This document shows, piece by piece, positions 22,721 through 35,586 of a DNA stretch of 64,000 nucleotides (the first letter of the stretch is position 1; each line of letters starts with the position of its first letter). The translations under genes and the position numbers were made by a program. This DNA comes from Azolla caroliniana (Eukaryota > Plantae > Polypodiophyta): NCBI GenBank assembly GCA_043228905.1, contig JBHGNT010000014.1:4464001-4528000 (forward strand), given 5' to 3'. The notes under the pieces were generated by a model. It was not told where the DNA came from. It made no database searches and worked only from the letters and a program-made list of their open reading frames with translations.

Positions 22721-23855
22721 TGTCGTGAAGATTTTCGGCAATAGTGTGAAAATCCCATAAAACATACGAAATCGAGTATGAATCACATAATACAATAATT
22801 GTGAAGATAACATTTTAAATAAATTTAATATCTAAGTACAAAATGATGGAGGTTTCGAATGCACTTTATTACACGAGAAACGGACAACTAAATGTCAAGA
22901 TATGAGGGTATAAAGTTTGTGAAAGGAAAAGAGAAAATTGTGAGATATCCCACATAGGCACGACAAATACGGCTCTCATCATATATAAGGTAGAGCAAAA
23001 GATATTATCTTTTTGTCTATGTGTGGAGCATAGAGAGTTCAAGGTAACTTGAACTAAGAGTGGAGGTGGGCTAGCTACTCGTAAAGGGTTTTGGCCAACC
23101 AAAACTGGACCAGCGATGGAGCCGGTGATCCGGCGCCAGTGAGCCACTGGCATCCGACGGCAATCCGGCGACGGCGAGGCGGCGGCATCCGGCGAGGCAC
23201 CGGTAACCGACGGCATCCGGCGGCGGCACCAGTATCCGACGGCATCCGACGAACCGGCGTCCGGTGACTAGATAAATAAATATATAAATATATATATTTA
23301 CAAGGAGGGCAAGTAAGGATTCGAACCTTGCACCTCCGAGTTAGGAGTCAATTGGCTTACCATTAAGCCATGACATTTAGTTGAATTTATATTTCTATCA
23401 TTGTACTTTTACATGTAAATTCTCATACATGAGAGCTAAAATGAGTGACATGGTTATCATGCACCACATGTAATACATAAGCGCCAAATGACAAACATGC
23501 ATTTTATGCATGTCTTGTACCCTCACATGCATCATATGCATGAGAGCATCTATAAAAGAAGGAAGGGGGAGGAGAAAAAACGGGGGTTTTTTTTTTTTGG
23601 TGATGAAATCCAAAGATAAAAGTTCAATCAATCTCTCTCAATCGTTTAATCTCAACTTCTCTCTTTCCCAATCTATCTTAAGTACCTTCTCGCCAAAGCT
23701 TGTGCCAAAGCTTGTACCGACTTTGAATCCTTCCGGTCCAGAACCCCACCGGTTCCACCTCACGATCCGCGCGTAGTGACGGATCTTCACGACATAATTA
23801 AGTGGTGAACCCGACATGAAAGAGGCGGTAGGAAGGATCAAGTCGAGATTAATAC

Positions 23856-26057
23856 TTGGAGATGGCGTCCTCAAGCAACCAAGCGGGAGAGCTCGAAAGG
23901 ATGATGCTAATCGTTGAGCAAATGATGAGATATCAGGACAACGACGCGAGCATGGAGAGGGCTGTCGATCGTGTCGTAGAGCTCGAGGGCCAATTCGATG
24001 GAAGGAACGTTACAAAGTTCCTTGATGCATATAGAAGGGAGATGAATCAGAGGGACGTGTCCGAGGCACGTCAAATCGTAAGCTTCAAGAGAGTTGTCGC
24101 CAACAACATCCAAAGACGCATCATCGAGCTTCAAGAAGGTAAGACAACATGGTCCGAGTTCGAGAAAACGATACTAGCGGAGTTCGTGACTGAAGACTCA
24201 ACGAGGATGACTCGACATGCCCTGATGAAGTGGATAGAGAAGAAGAATAAGAAGATGAGCGTCTCGAGGGTGTACGACGAATTCGACCAGATGTTTAGTC
24301 GTCTCCCCAATACGGACCAAGTGTTGCTTGAAGAGGACAAGACTTTGTACTTCTTGAAGGTCGTGGACATAAAGGATAGACGGGAGTTGGGGACTCTTCT
24401 CGAAGATGATACCCAAGCAAATGGGCTCGTAGCGGACTGGATCGCGGTGAAGCGGGCATGCAATAGGCTCGACAAGCGTCGCCAATGGGTTGATGACACC
24501 GACTTGACGGGATCGACTACCACGGAGAAAGCAAGACCGCCGAAAGTAGCTGAGCCGCCAAGACAAAGTAACATGGAAGAAAAGAAGCTTGATGACGACA
24601 TCATTGAAGAGCTAGCGAAGAAGTTCGAGAAGGTCACGCTAGCCAACATGAATCGTCGGGGCCCTAAAGGAAAAGAACCCTTTAGATGTGTGTGGTGCGA
24701 TAGCATGGACCACATGAGAAGGGATTGTGCGAGCCTTCGAGAGGCGATTCGACAAAATATCGTATACATAGAGGGCAACATGATCTGCTCAAGCGAGACT
24801 AGAAGACCCCTACGGGTGAATTTCGGAAGAGGAGGAATGAAGAAATCTATGGAGGATGCCGATGCGACTCATGTGGATGCGATGCACTATGCTGCGTCGG
24901 CCGGAATAAGAGTCGGGAAAGACAAGATTGAAGCTGCTAGAGCGGGAGCAAAGTTTTGGACTTCCGTTCTCGAATATGAGAAGAAGGGAAAAGTCACATC
25001 GAACGAGGTAGAGCTTGCGGACCGAAGTGTGCAAAGCATAACCGGGTGGTCGGATCCGGTGGACGACAACACCATACTCGCAGAAGTGATGTGCGACAAC
25101 CAAGAGGTGTTCGTCAAAGAAAAGAGAAAGAGAATAGAAGAGCAAGGCCCATCAAAAAGACATGAAACAAGGAATGCGAAAAAGAAGGACGATGCGGAGA
25201 CGAGTCGACCTTTACAAATGGAGGAACGAGAATCAAGCCGAAAAGGGGAGCCGAGCATACGAGTTGAAGACACGGTTCGATCCGTGAAGGTTGGTGTCGA
25301 AGACCCCGCTCAGAGGACAAGGACTATACCTACCTATAAGCTAAGGTCGGACATAGAGCAGACGACGGACCTAAAGAAGATTCTCGAAGAACGAGTTCTT
25401 GATAGCCACGTAACTTTGTCCTTGAGGGAATTGCTTGGCATTACGAAGGAGTTCCATGACACGATCGTGGACCTTGTAAAGAGAAAGAGACAACAATCGG
25501 ATGAGGAAGAAGAGAAGTCGCAAAAAGCAAAAACGAATGCCATAACGATGGCAAGAGACGAAATCGATAAAGATATGGTGGACAACCACTACACTCGACC
25601 TCATTGGGCACAAGCGACAACGGAGACGCCGATGAAGATCGGGGAGAAGAAAGAGACCGTGGTAGCCTTGATCGACCACGGCTCGGAGATTAACCTCATG
25701 TCAACCGACTTCTACAAAAAAGGAAGATGGCCAATCAATACAAACCACGGATGGAAGATTCGCGCGGCAACAAAGTCTACGGAGGACTTGTACGGAGCTT
25801 GTCCCAATATCAAAGTCACAATCAGGGATGTGGAGATGGATCAACACTTCTTCGTACAAGAATCGGCGTCGCATCCTGTCATCCTAGGGCAACCTTATAT
25901 CACATCATCTCGGATGGAGACCAAAGTGTTCAATAATGGAGCAGCCTTCGCACGAATAAAGAGTCTTGACAACCAAAGATCGGTCCAATTCCTAACGGTG
26001 CGAGCCAATCATGAAAGGAATCGAGATAGTCTCAGAGGCGAATCCTCGGATTTTTAG
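23856..26057 (+). CDS. Gag-protease ORF of element X (open, about 731 aa from ATG 23862)
   Basis: Zinc knuckle CVWCDSMDHMRRDC; aspartic protease LIDHGSEINL and VILGQPY; ends SSDF* at the slippery site. Confidence 0.88.
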   Translation: MEMASSSNQAGELERMMLIVEQMMRYQDNDASMERAVDRVVELEGQFDGRNVTKFLDAYRREMNQRDVSEARQIVSFKRVVANNIQRRIIELQEGKTTWSEFEKTILAEFVTEDSTRMTRHALMKWIEKKNKKMSVSRVYDEFDQMFSRLPNTDQVLLEEDKTLYFLKVVDIKDRRELGTLLEDDTQANGLVADWIAVKRACNRLDKRRQWVDDTDLTGSTTTEKARPPKVAEPPRQSNMEEKKLDDDIIEELAKKFEKVTLANMNRRGPKGKEPFRCVWCDSMDHMRRDCASLREAIRQNIVYIEGNMICSSETRRPLRVNFGRGGMKKSMEDADATHVDAMHYAASAGIRVGKDKIEAARAGAKFWTSVLEYEKKGKVTSNEVELADRSVQSITGWSDPVDDNTILAEVMCDNQEVFVKEKRKRIEEQGPSKRHETRNAKKKDDAETSRPLQMEERESSRKGEPSIRVEDTVRSVKVGVEDPAQRTRTIPTYKLRSDIEQTTDLKKILEERVLDSHVTLSLRELLGITKEFHDTIVDLVKRKRQQSDEEEEKSQKAKTNAITMARDEIDKDMVDNHYTRPHWAQATTETPMKIGEKKETVVALIDHGSEINLMSTDFYKKGRWPINTNHGWKIRAATKSTEDLYGACPNIKVTIRDVEMDQHFFVQESASHPVILGQPYITSSRMETKVFNNGAAFARIKSLDNQRSVQFLTVRANHERNRDSLRGESSDF

Positions 26058-26110
26058 AGCAGACTATTGAAGCATGGGGCACAAATAGTCCGAGCAATCA
26101 CAAGACCCCA
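26048..26110 (+). promoter_or_regulatory. -1 frameshift signal (GGATTTT + pseudoknot), second copy
   Basis: Stem1 GACTATT 26062-26068/AATAGTC 26084-26090; stem2 TGGGG 26075-26079/CCCCA 26106-26110; the -1 frame is open into ORF 26123. Confidence 0.8.
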
Positions 26111-27340
26111 CAAGAAAGAAGAGTGCATGGATTGCGAGGAGAAGCAACATGTGTCACACCTAGTGGCGCATGTAAACTAGTACTACCCGACAAGAAGCAC
26201 AAGCGCCGGATACAAGAATTCGAGAAGATGCTGAAAGAAGAGAACATAATAGAAGAAGGAGAGTTCGTGACTCATATTATGGAAGAAGCCTCATTTAACG
26301 ACACCATTGGCGAAATCGAGGAGGTCGTGGACTTGAGCTATCTTCACAATCAACACGTGATTTCAGTTAACTCCGTCAACATGTACGCTATCACCGATGA
26401 ATACCGTCGTGGCATCTCGATGAAGGAAGCTGACATCAACACGAAATATAGAACGGTGGATAAGAAGATCAAGCCAGTTGCGGTTCCACTACCGGAAGAT
26501 AGCTGGCAAAAGATGAAGGAAGTGGCTAACGATCCAAGCTTAAGAGATCCGAAGAAGATAGGTCATGTCTTCACCAAAGAGACGAAGGGGAAGCTAGTTG
26601 GAAAAGAGGATTTCCTTCTCCCTGAAGAGGAGCGAATGTTTCGCGATATGCTTGAGAGACATGGGAAGGCTTTCGCATTCTTCCCACGAGAAATCGGATG
26701 CGCCGACCCAAAGGTTATAGAGCCGATGGTGATCTTCACGGTGCCTCATGTGCCTTGAAATTTGAAACCGATACCGGTTCCGAGAGCACACCTTCCAAAG
26801 CTGATCGAGCTCTTAAAGGAGAAGGTGAGTATGGGAATTCTAGAACCATCGAATGCTCCTTATTCCAATAGGTGGTTCACGGTGCCGAAGAAGAATGGAT
26901 CATTGCGATTCATCCAAGATCTTCAACCCCTCAACAAGGTGACAATTCGAAATGCCGGAATCGGTCCGAGCGTGGACGAATTTGCCGAAGCGTTTGCGGG
27001 CCGGTCCATCTACTCCATTGGCGATCTCTACTCCGGATATGACCAATTCCAATTGGTGATCGACAGTCGGGACAGTACAACCATGAGGACTCCGATCGGG
27101 CTTGTGCGGATGTGTACCTTACCCCAAGGCGCAACGAACTCGGTGGCTCATATGGTGAATGCCATGAATAAAGTCTTGAAGGATTGCATCCCGGACATCA
27201 CGATCCCATTCTTGGATGATACTCCGATAAAAGGATGTTCAGATGAGGAGAAAGATGAATCGAAAGATAAGAAAGGTTGTAGAAAGTTCGTTGCGGATCA
27301 TATGAAAGATTGCGAGAAGGTGTTTCAAAGGCTCGAAGAT

Positions 27341-28772
27341 AAGTTGGGGTTTATCTACGTGGAGGTACGCTCCCTCCGAACCCGCACATCCTCCGGTATG
27401 TGCCGAAGTTCTCGATTCCTCATATCCGTCTTCACCCAAAGCTTCCTCTGATTCTCCCCTTATGTCGACTATGAGTTGTAATTCACTTTCTTCGCTTCCC
27501 GCATCACCGTGGTCTTCGTCCGATTGCTCCTCGTTGTTGGCCTTGGCTTGGATCACATAGGGTTTGTCGTCGGTCCGCTTCTTGAAAATCTTCACCCGCT
27601 TCCCGGCTATAGGAACTCGTAGTATTGTTCCATCCAACTCGAACAGTCGGTACGTTCCGTTGTCGAAGACTTTCCGAACCGCGTATGGCCCAAACCACCT
27701 TTTCGCGAATTTCCGCATCGTTGTATGTTGATGGTCCAAACTACTGTCATAGACGATCACCCAATCTCCTTCTTCAATCCTCCTCGGTCATACTCGGTGC
27801 TTTGTGTCGAACCGGCTTTTGTTCCGGAACCGTGCTTCTTGTTGTCGGCGTATTGCTTCCACTATGTCTGCTGGTCTTCCCTCTAGTTGTCGTATCCGGA
27901 CCGCTAGTAGTTCTTCCCGGCTCATCTCTTCCTTCCACGGTAGCACTGTCCATGTTGCGATCGCGGTTTCCGTCGGCATTACCGGTGCTTGTCCGGTCAT
28001 GAGTTCTGCCGGCATGTAACCGGTTACTGAGCTATGCGTCGTCTGATCCGCCCATAGTGCATACGGAAGCATCTGCGGCCAGTCCTTCACCTTTCCATCG
28101 CATGCCTTCGCAAGTGCTTTCACGATCGGACTATGTCCACGTTCGATTTTCCCGTTGGCCTCCGGATTGTATGCCGTGGTCAACGATAACCGAACTCCGT
28201 GTTTGGCGAAGAATCCCCTAGCTTTGTCCGAGTCGAGTTCTCCCCGGTCCGCAATCACTTGTCCTACGCACCCGTACCTGCAAAATACTTCCTCCAAAAG
28301 AAATTGGCATACCGCGGAACACGTTTTCCTCTGAAGCGCTCGACCTTCTACTTGATTCGTGAGATCTTCCCGAGCTAATACCAAGTATTTCTTTTGTCCG
28401 ATCCCGGTTGGCATGGCCACTATGTCGACCATCCACTTGAAGTTGATTGTCGGTGAGAATGTCGGATGTAACTTATCTCGATGTCGAACCCCGGAGTAGA
28501 CTTGACATTTCTCGCAGCTTTCCGTGAACTCCGCGACATCTTTGTACATTTTCTTCCACCAATATTTTTGCTTGATCTTCACAAATGTTGCCCATGTTCC
28601 TCGGTGTCCAGCCCAATCGGATTCGTGAAACTCGGACATTATCCGGTTTCGTTGCTCTTTTGTCCCGACTACTCGAAGTGGTATACCATCCGGTCTTTTC
28701 GGCGCCCTCCATATTAATCCGTTTTCCAAGAAGAACTTTTGGACTTGCCTCTTCTTCCTTCGGATCTCGTCT
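27341..28772 (-). pseudogene. Inverted integrase segment of the Trp-family Gypsy
   Basis: GHRGTWATF, KWMVDIV, YNPEANGKIE, RKFAKRWFGPY, homologous to element A INT; ends near a PPT-like GGAGGGAG (27377-27370). Confidence 0.9.
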
Positions 28773-29953
28773 AGAATTGTTGTCAGCATTCCAATTATGC
28801 CTTTAGTTGTGCTCTTGTCGGTCGCCTCCATTGCGTGCCGACCTGCCTCATCCACCATGAGCACGAGGCCTATCTTCCTCCATGTACAACATCTTTTTGT
28901 CGGTGTGCATACTCGTCGATGCACCCCCATGGTTCTCTTCAACGAGAAGCATTGATTGCAACTTGAAGGATGACAGTGTATTCTCCCTCATGCAGAACGC
29001 CGTCTGGAATGATCCGAACTTCTACGCCAATCCTCCAAGACAGAGCTACACCATTTCTTCCTCCTCGAAGATCACATTGATGGAGGCGAGAGAGTCGTAG
29101 ATGTCCTTGATTCGGGAGGTGTAGTCAACCAACATGTCTCTTTCTCAGACGTTGCTCAACTCTTGCCTGAGCTGAAGCTTTATGGCTATGGTGCTCGTGG
29201 CGAAGATCTTCTTCAGATTTCCCCAAGCCTCCTTTGGCGTCTTGGCATCGTGGATGTAGCCGAGTAGCTACTCACCGACACTGGATGCGAATCAGTAGAG
29301 AACTCTCCTTGCCAGTTGTTCCCAAGCAGAAAAATCCCTATGTATCGAATCCAGTGTTGCATCATTTGCTCCTTCGACATAACTCCAATATCCATGTCCC
29401 AACATATATTGGTGCATCTTGTATGACCAAGATGCATAGTTGCTCCGTCGGAAGCGAGTTTCCCATGCCTCTGTCCATTTCTCATTTTCGTCTTTTCTTG
29501 TCCGAAAGTCAAGTTTTGTCTGTCCGCAGCTAAGGATATTCTAACCCTCGCGCTCTGCTACCATGTAAAAGAAATAATGCGGAAGCTAAATACTGATCGC
29601 AACTGGCTCAACCGGATTGCAACAGAAACACAGAGTAGTTAGGTGAGAGAGAGAGAAAGAGAGAGCAAGACAACAAAACCTTGATTTCAAAATAATGAAA
29701 CGCTTTGTACATACAATGTGCTCAGAGAGAACATTTATACAAGTCCTTAAAAGGACTGATAGAAGTACTGACAAGTACTTCAATGCTCGTACCAAGCAAC
29801 TGACACTGGCTCCCAGAAGTATGCCCACATACTAGGCTAGGATCATAGGCCTCTAATGGCCTACCGGTTACCGTTTACACTCTGATCCAGACATTGATCC
29901 GGCTCTTGGCTTATTCAACCGATCCGAATCATGTTGAGCTTGCTCGCTCAACA
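28773..29953 (-). mobile_element. Copia fragment: 5' LTR 29564-29953, PBS TGGTAGCAGAGC, degenerate gag
   Basis: LTR TGTTGAGCGAGC...TTTTACA, same termini as 31347-31865; gag remnant DYTSRIKDIYDSLASINV. Confidence 0.82.
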
Positions 29954-29989
29954 TGTAAATATTGTTATTGCTAGTCTTAATTGAGTAGT

Positions 29990-30357
29990 ACACTAGAAAC
30001 TAAAAATATGTGTGAGATGTTCGACAATGTTTATGTTGTTTTTGGGTAAAAATGTCTGGATTCGAAAATTGTTTTCCTCATGTTTTATTTGATAGAACTT
30101 CCTTTGGCCCCATGATCAAAATTTTAGAACTTTATCCTCATTACACACCAAATCATTGGTTGTTGCACTATCTTGATTGAATGATACTCTAAAAGCTAAA
30201 AATGCATGTGAGATGTTGTCAAAATGTTGATTTTGCTTTTGGGTGTAAAATGTTTAGATTCATAAATTGTTTCCCCATGTTTTTCTTGGATAGAACTTCC
30301 TTTGTCTTTGTTCCAAAATTTTAAACATTATTCTCATTACACAACAAATCATTGATG
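29990..30357. repeat. Diverged tandem duplication of about 195 bp
   Basis: Shared blocks GTGAGATGTT, GATAGAACTTCCTTTG and CTCATTACAC-CAAATCATTG in two successive copies. Confidence 0.75.
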
Positions 30358-31346
30358 AATTTTTTTATGTTTGATTCCTCACTCCTCTCTTTGTCTCTTC
30401 AAATTGTAATCGATTCCCTCAAGAGGACATTGTCATATTATAAGATACCTATATATGAAAGCATACTTATATATATATCTTCAAGATATTAGACTAAGAC
30501 TTCCATCGCTAGACTTGCCTCTAAGAGCTAACAAGTTAGTTTTTATTAGTATCTAGTATCTTACGACTAAAACCTTTTGTGTAGGGTTACATGCATCAAG
30601 ATATCATTGCTACATGGCATGAAATCATGCTCTATCTTGAGCACTCTTAATTTGTCTTGTGTAATATGTATCATATATTCACATATCCTTCGATAGCTGA
30701 TATTATATATATCTCATAAAGATCAATGTTAACCTCGATTAAGGCTCATGGCCAGAATAATACATCAATATCAAATGACTACATCCACTCGATGTATGTT
30801 TGGAGAAAACTCCATAATAGAAAGTTAGTGTTCCTATAAGCTTGAAGCATATCCTCATTGATTTGAATAAATTATTTGATTGGTTCATTAGAGGAAGGTA
30901 AGTCTATGGAGCACATGATCAATGTAGTTTCTACATCAACATTAAACTTTATCCAAAAGTCCACTTGTCAACTAGAAATATTTGTCATTGGTAACTTGAC
31001 AATGGGAACATTAAATTGCATAATCATTAATATGAAGATGTGTCTTAGGCGAAAAGAAATTAGTAGAGATGATAACAAGTGTATGGTGTACTTAGTGAGG
31101 GTGCAAAAAAGAATTCTATGTGTACACCTACACGTACGCGTGTGTGTATTCAAAGATCTATTGCACATTCCTGTGAAAACTTTCCATGATCAAACAAGGA
31201 ACGTGTCATATTTTTCGGCCCGAAACTCAAAGTTTGGGAAATGAAGTTACGAGATTTTGACAAAATTGACATATAATAGACTGTTGAACTATCTCATCGG
31301 AAACCTTGTTACATCAACATGAAAACTTTGCCTTGAGGGTCCTGAG

Positions 31347-34300
31347 TGTTGAGCGAGCAAGCTCAGCATGGGCTGGACCGGTTGGACAAGCCGGTAGGTC
31401 AGACCGGAATCAATCTAGTTGGCTAGGCCTAATTTTTGGACCGAATGCCGGATTGGCTGAAGAAGCTGGATACCGGATCCGGATGGCAGACCAAATGTCG
31501 GATCCGGATGATGGAGTGGTTGTGGACGCCGATCTGGAACGTCACACGTGCTGAGTAGACCTATTTTATTAAATAGGTCCAACGTAGGCAATTAGTGTCA
31601 GATACTCCTTTAAGAGCATTGAAGTACAAGATAGTATTTCTTAATGACCTTGACAAATGCGCTTGTATATATAAAGTGCACATAAGTACTGTGTAATGTA
31701 CTGAGCATTTCTGTAATAGAATTTTGTTGTCTGCTCTCACTCAGTCTCTCGAATCTCTCTCTCTCTATCTCCTTCTTGTACTCTGTGCTCTGTGTTAACA
31801 ATCTGTTCAATTTCCGGATAACCAATTGACTATCAGCTCATAAGCTTCACATCTAACTTTTTACATGGTATCAGAGCGTGAGGGTTGAAAAGCATTCTCC
31901 TCAGTCAACGTAGTTTGCTAACACAAGCCTTCAACAGGGCTCTAGAAAAGAAAGAACAGAAACATGGACAAATGAATGGGTGGTGCTCTTCCGACAGAAA
32001 AGTTCGACAGAAGCAACTATGCATCTTGGGAATACAAGATGCACCAGTACTTGCTCAAGCACGACTACTGGAGTTGCATCCAAGGAGAAACGAAGTGGCG
32101 TCGGAATCGGCACACAAGGATTTTCCGGTTTGGTAACAAGGAGCAAGTAGAGTCTTGTACTTCCTTGCATTCTGTGTGCACGATCCAATGTTGCACTATA
32201 TTCGGGATGCAAAAACGCAGAAGGAGGCATGGGAAAATCTGAAGAAGATTTTTGCAACAAGTACCACGGCCTGGAAGTTGTAGCTTCGCCAAGAGCTCAA
32301 CAATATCTGATAGAAGGATATGTCAGTAACCAACTACAACACCAAGATCAGGGAGATCTGTGATGCCTTGGCTTTAATGTGTCCAGTTTTCTTGCAGTAG
32401 TTGCATGTTCGGATGTCCCTGGACTTACCTCGACCTCTCGCATTGGTCGGCTATCGGGAAGAACTTCTTCTTCGATTGTCGGTTGGTTGGCCAAACTTTG
32501 CACCATGAAAGCATCATTTGTCGACTCATGTGTGAATGTTTTTCTCCGAGCATCTTTCGACAGAATGGAGCTCGTGATCTTAGAGTATTTGACTACCATA
32601 GTCGACACATTACACACAATCGTAACTAAAATTTCCTTTGATAGGGGGGGGGGGGGGGGATTGCTTATCAGCAAGAGAGCTTTCAGATCGTCATCAATAG
32701 TCATCCCTTGTACCAAAATTTGGGAATTTATGCTTTCATACTCATTTAGGTGTGCTTAGACCGAATCAGATTCGTTCATCCAAGGATTGTAAATGCGTCG
32801 GATAAAATAGATCTTCGTGGTGGCCACCTTCTTTTCGTAAGTGTCTGACAGATTCTTCGACAGCTAATAAGTTGTCAGACATGATTGTACCGTATAGTAA
32901 TCTGATTCGGATAAATGCATCTGAATGGTGGCACATGCAATGCGGTCGAGCTTCGTCCATTCATTTGGCTTGTATTCGTTTGGAGCCGATTCATTCTAGA
33001 TTGGATCGATTTGACCCTTCACAATCAAATAATCCTACATTTACTCCTTCCAAACGTTCAAGCTCGTACAACCAACTGGACTATCTGAAGTATGATCTCC
33101 CCAAAGTAAACACAAACTCGATAGACTGCTTCTTGCTCTCCTTGTGGTGATTATGTTATTATCAAGCAATCTTGACAAACTTCTTCAGGAACAAAAAAAA
33201 CGATCAGCAACAGAAAAGAACCTCAAGGTCCGATACCAAATGTTGGAGTATGATCGTCTTAGATTATGGAACAATATGATAATCTTGTCTATAACAATAG
33301 TACACTCTATGTACTTGGTGAAACACAAAGACAAATATCAATGGAAGCTGACAAGAGAGAGAGAGAGAGAGAGAAGCACACACACAATACTCACTGTATT
33401 ATTCAAAATATGTAATACAGCAACCACTTACAAAGAGGATACAAAGTTGGTTATATAATAACCAAACTAGGGCAACTTCTCTTTATGATATTTACAAGAA
33501 TAGCCTAACCTAGTTTGTCGAATGGGGTAATGTGAATACATTCATTATATTACCATATTTGACACTCTCTACGGCCTCAAGCAAGTGCCACGGGCTTGGC
33601 ATTCAAAGATAACGCAGTTTAGGAGTTGGCTTCCTAATGTCTAAATCCGACAATTCCTTGTTTATCTAGAGAAACTCAAGTGGTCGGATATTTATTATCA
33701 TATATGTTGATGATTTGGTAATTGGTCGAGAACACATGGCTGAAATCAAATTTAAGATTAAGTGAAAAACATGAACGAATTCCATTACATTTTGGGAATC
33801 AATGCCGCTAAACCTTGAATCTCATCTTCAAGTTTGGCATGAGGGATCTCAAGCCCATTCCTACTCCCCTCAATTGCAACTTGATGTTGCACGCGAACTA
33901 CAACACGACATGTGAGCCGACTCAATATCGGCAAATCATTGGGACTCTCATCTATCTAACTATTAGCCAACCCAACCATAGTTATCCGGTCGGCCTCCTT
34001 GGCCAATTCATGCAAACACCATGCAATACGCATTTGAATTGTGCTAAGTGAATCTTACGATATGTTAGTGGAACCATGGCTTGGGAAATCTTCTACAAGG
34101 AATGACTATTCAGCTAGAAGGATACACAGATGTTGATTGGGATGGCAACATATCCGATCAACGATTAACATTTGGCTTTGTCTTCTCACTCGAAAGCAAA
34201 GCAATCTCATGGTGTAGCAAGAAGCAGTAAAGAGTTGCATTGTCGAACACAAAGCTGAGTACATGGGTGCAACCATAGCCACTTGCAAATCAATTTGGTT

Positions 34301-34545
34301 AAATCAGCTACTAAAGGGTTGAATCAATGAATCGGTTGATAAACCGATACGTATCTACTACGACAATCAAAGTCGTACACAACTCACTCAGAATCCGGTC
34401 TTCCATGCCCGAACCAAGCATATTGAGGTGCACTATCACTATGTTCGACAATGCATCATCACAGGAGACATCGATCTCCAAAACATCGGCACTGACCGAC
34501 AAACGGTCGATATCTTCACCAAACCTCTTGGAGTTCACAATTTCT
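31347..34545 (+). mobile_element. Degenerate Copia D: 5' LTR 31347-31865, PBS 31866-31877, gag to about 32370, RT/RNaseH remnant 33565-34545
   Basis: TGGTATCAGAGC PBS; gag EKFDRSNYASWEYKM; RT LYGLKQ, YVDDL, YRQIIGTLIYL; RNaseH RTKHIEVHYH. Interrupted by Copia E plus a deletion. Confidence 0.82.
32371..33564 (-). mobile_element. Copia E fragment: 5' LTR 33241-33564, degenerate PBS, gag to the zinc knuckle
   Basis: Minus strand TGTCAA...CCAACA-TT-TGGTATCGGACC; gag DDDLKALLL, CNYCKKTGH; its LTR start abuts the Copia D RT. Confidence 0.72.
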
Positions 34546-35586
34546 CCCATTGGACACGCAACATCACAACAACGTCCTCTGGAAGAAGATTGGCATGATG
34601 TTCGAAAACAAGAATGCCATGAACAAAGTCTCAGTTTTCAGAAAAATCATGAGACTCCGGTATCAAGACGGCTCCAACATGACAGAACATATTAATGCCT
34701 TCCAAGGACTAATGAATCAAACCACCTCTCTAGAAGTACCTCTTGCTAATGAGGCATTAGCACGGTTGTTGTTGGGATCCCTTCCGGACAGTTGGGAAAC
34801 ACTGGTTATCACATTGGGCAACGCGGGACCACAAGGGAAACACTTATCCCTAGAGCAAGTGAAGTCGAGCTTATTGAATGAAGACGCTCGCCGGAAGGAC
34901 CAAGAGTCCAATACCGACCCGAAGTTCCTTGTCACAGAAAGGGACACAAATCAAGAAGAGGATGAAATCCAACTCCCCAGAATCAAGATAAGTCGAGGAC
35001 AAGGTCGAAGTCAAGGGGAAGGCCCACGTGCTTCTATTGTGGGAAGCCGGGGCACTTCCAAAAGAATTTTCGACACTTTCGAAAGGAGAAAGGGGGAGTT
35101 GATGGTGTAGAGTCGAAGAAAATACCAGATAGAAAGAACACCTCAGCAATTGCCGCGAGTAAAGAGGAGTTGTTGTTCATTAGTGAACAAAATGAGGTCA
35201 ATCTCGTCGGCGAAGAATCGACATGGGTGGTCAATTCAGGTACATCATTTCACCTAACCCCCGACCAAAAGTGTTTCTCATCATAGAAGGCCGCAAACCA
35301 CGGTCTTCTAAAAATGGGAAATGAGGGAGCATGCCGAATCGTCAACATAGGAGATGTGTGTCTAATGACATCAACCAGGTGTAGACTAGTGTTGAGAGAT
35401 GTTCGACACGTTCCGGAAGTCAGATTGAATCTGATATCAACCAGTCGGTTGGATGATGAAGGTTACACGGGTAGCATCTAGAACGATGTCATGAAGTTCT
35501 CCAAGGGAAGTCTGATCGTGGTTCAAGCCCAAAAAACCAGCACACTGTATATAATGAATGCTCGACTATACCGAGGGGACACAAAC

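Larger units (their letters stand above)
22721..27340 (+). mobile_element. Trp-family Gypsy X: 5' LTR 22721-23794, PBS 23803-23820, gag-PR and RT, truncated
   Basis: 12-bp inverted LTR termini TGTCGTGAAGAT/ATCTTCACGACA; PBS TGGTGAACCCGACATGAA; RT breaks off after CEKVFQRLED. Confidence 0.92.

Noticed and set aside
23306-23378. Calling the cassette a functional tRNA-Arg gene
   Set aside because: No good acceptor stem and an imperfect anticodon stem; reported as tRNA-like only.
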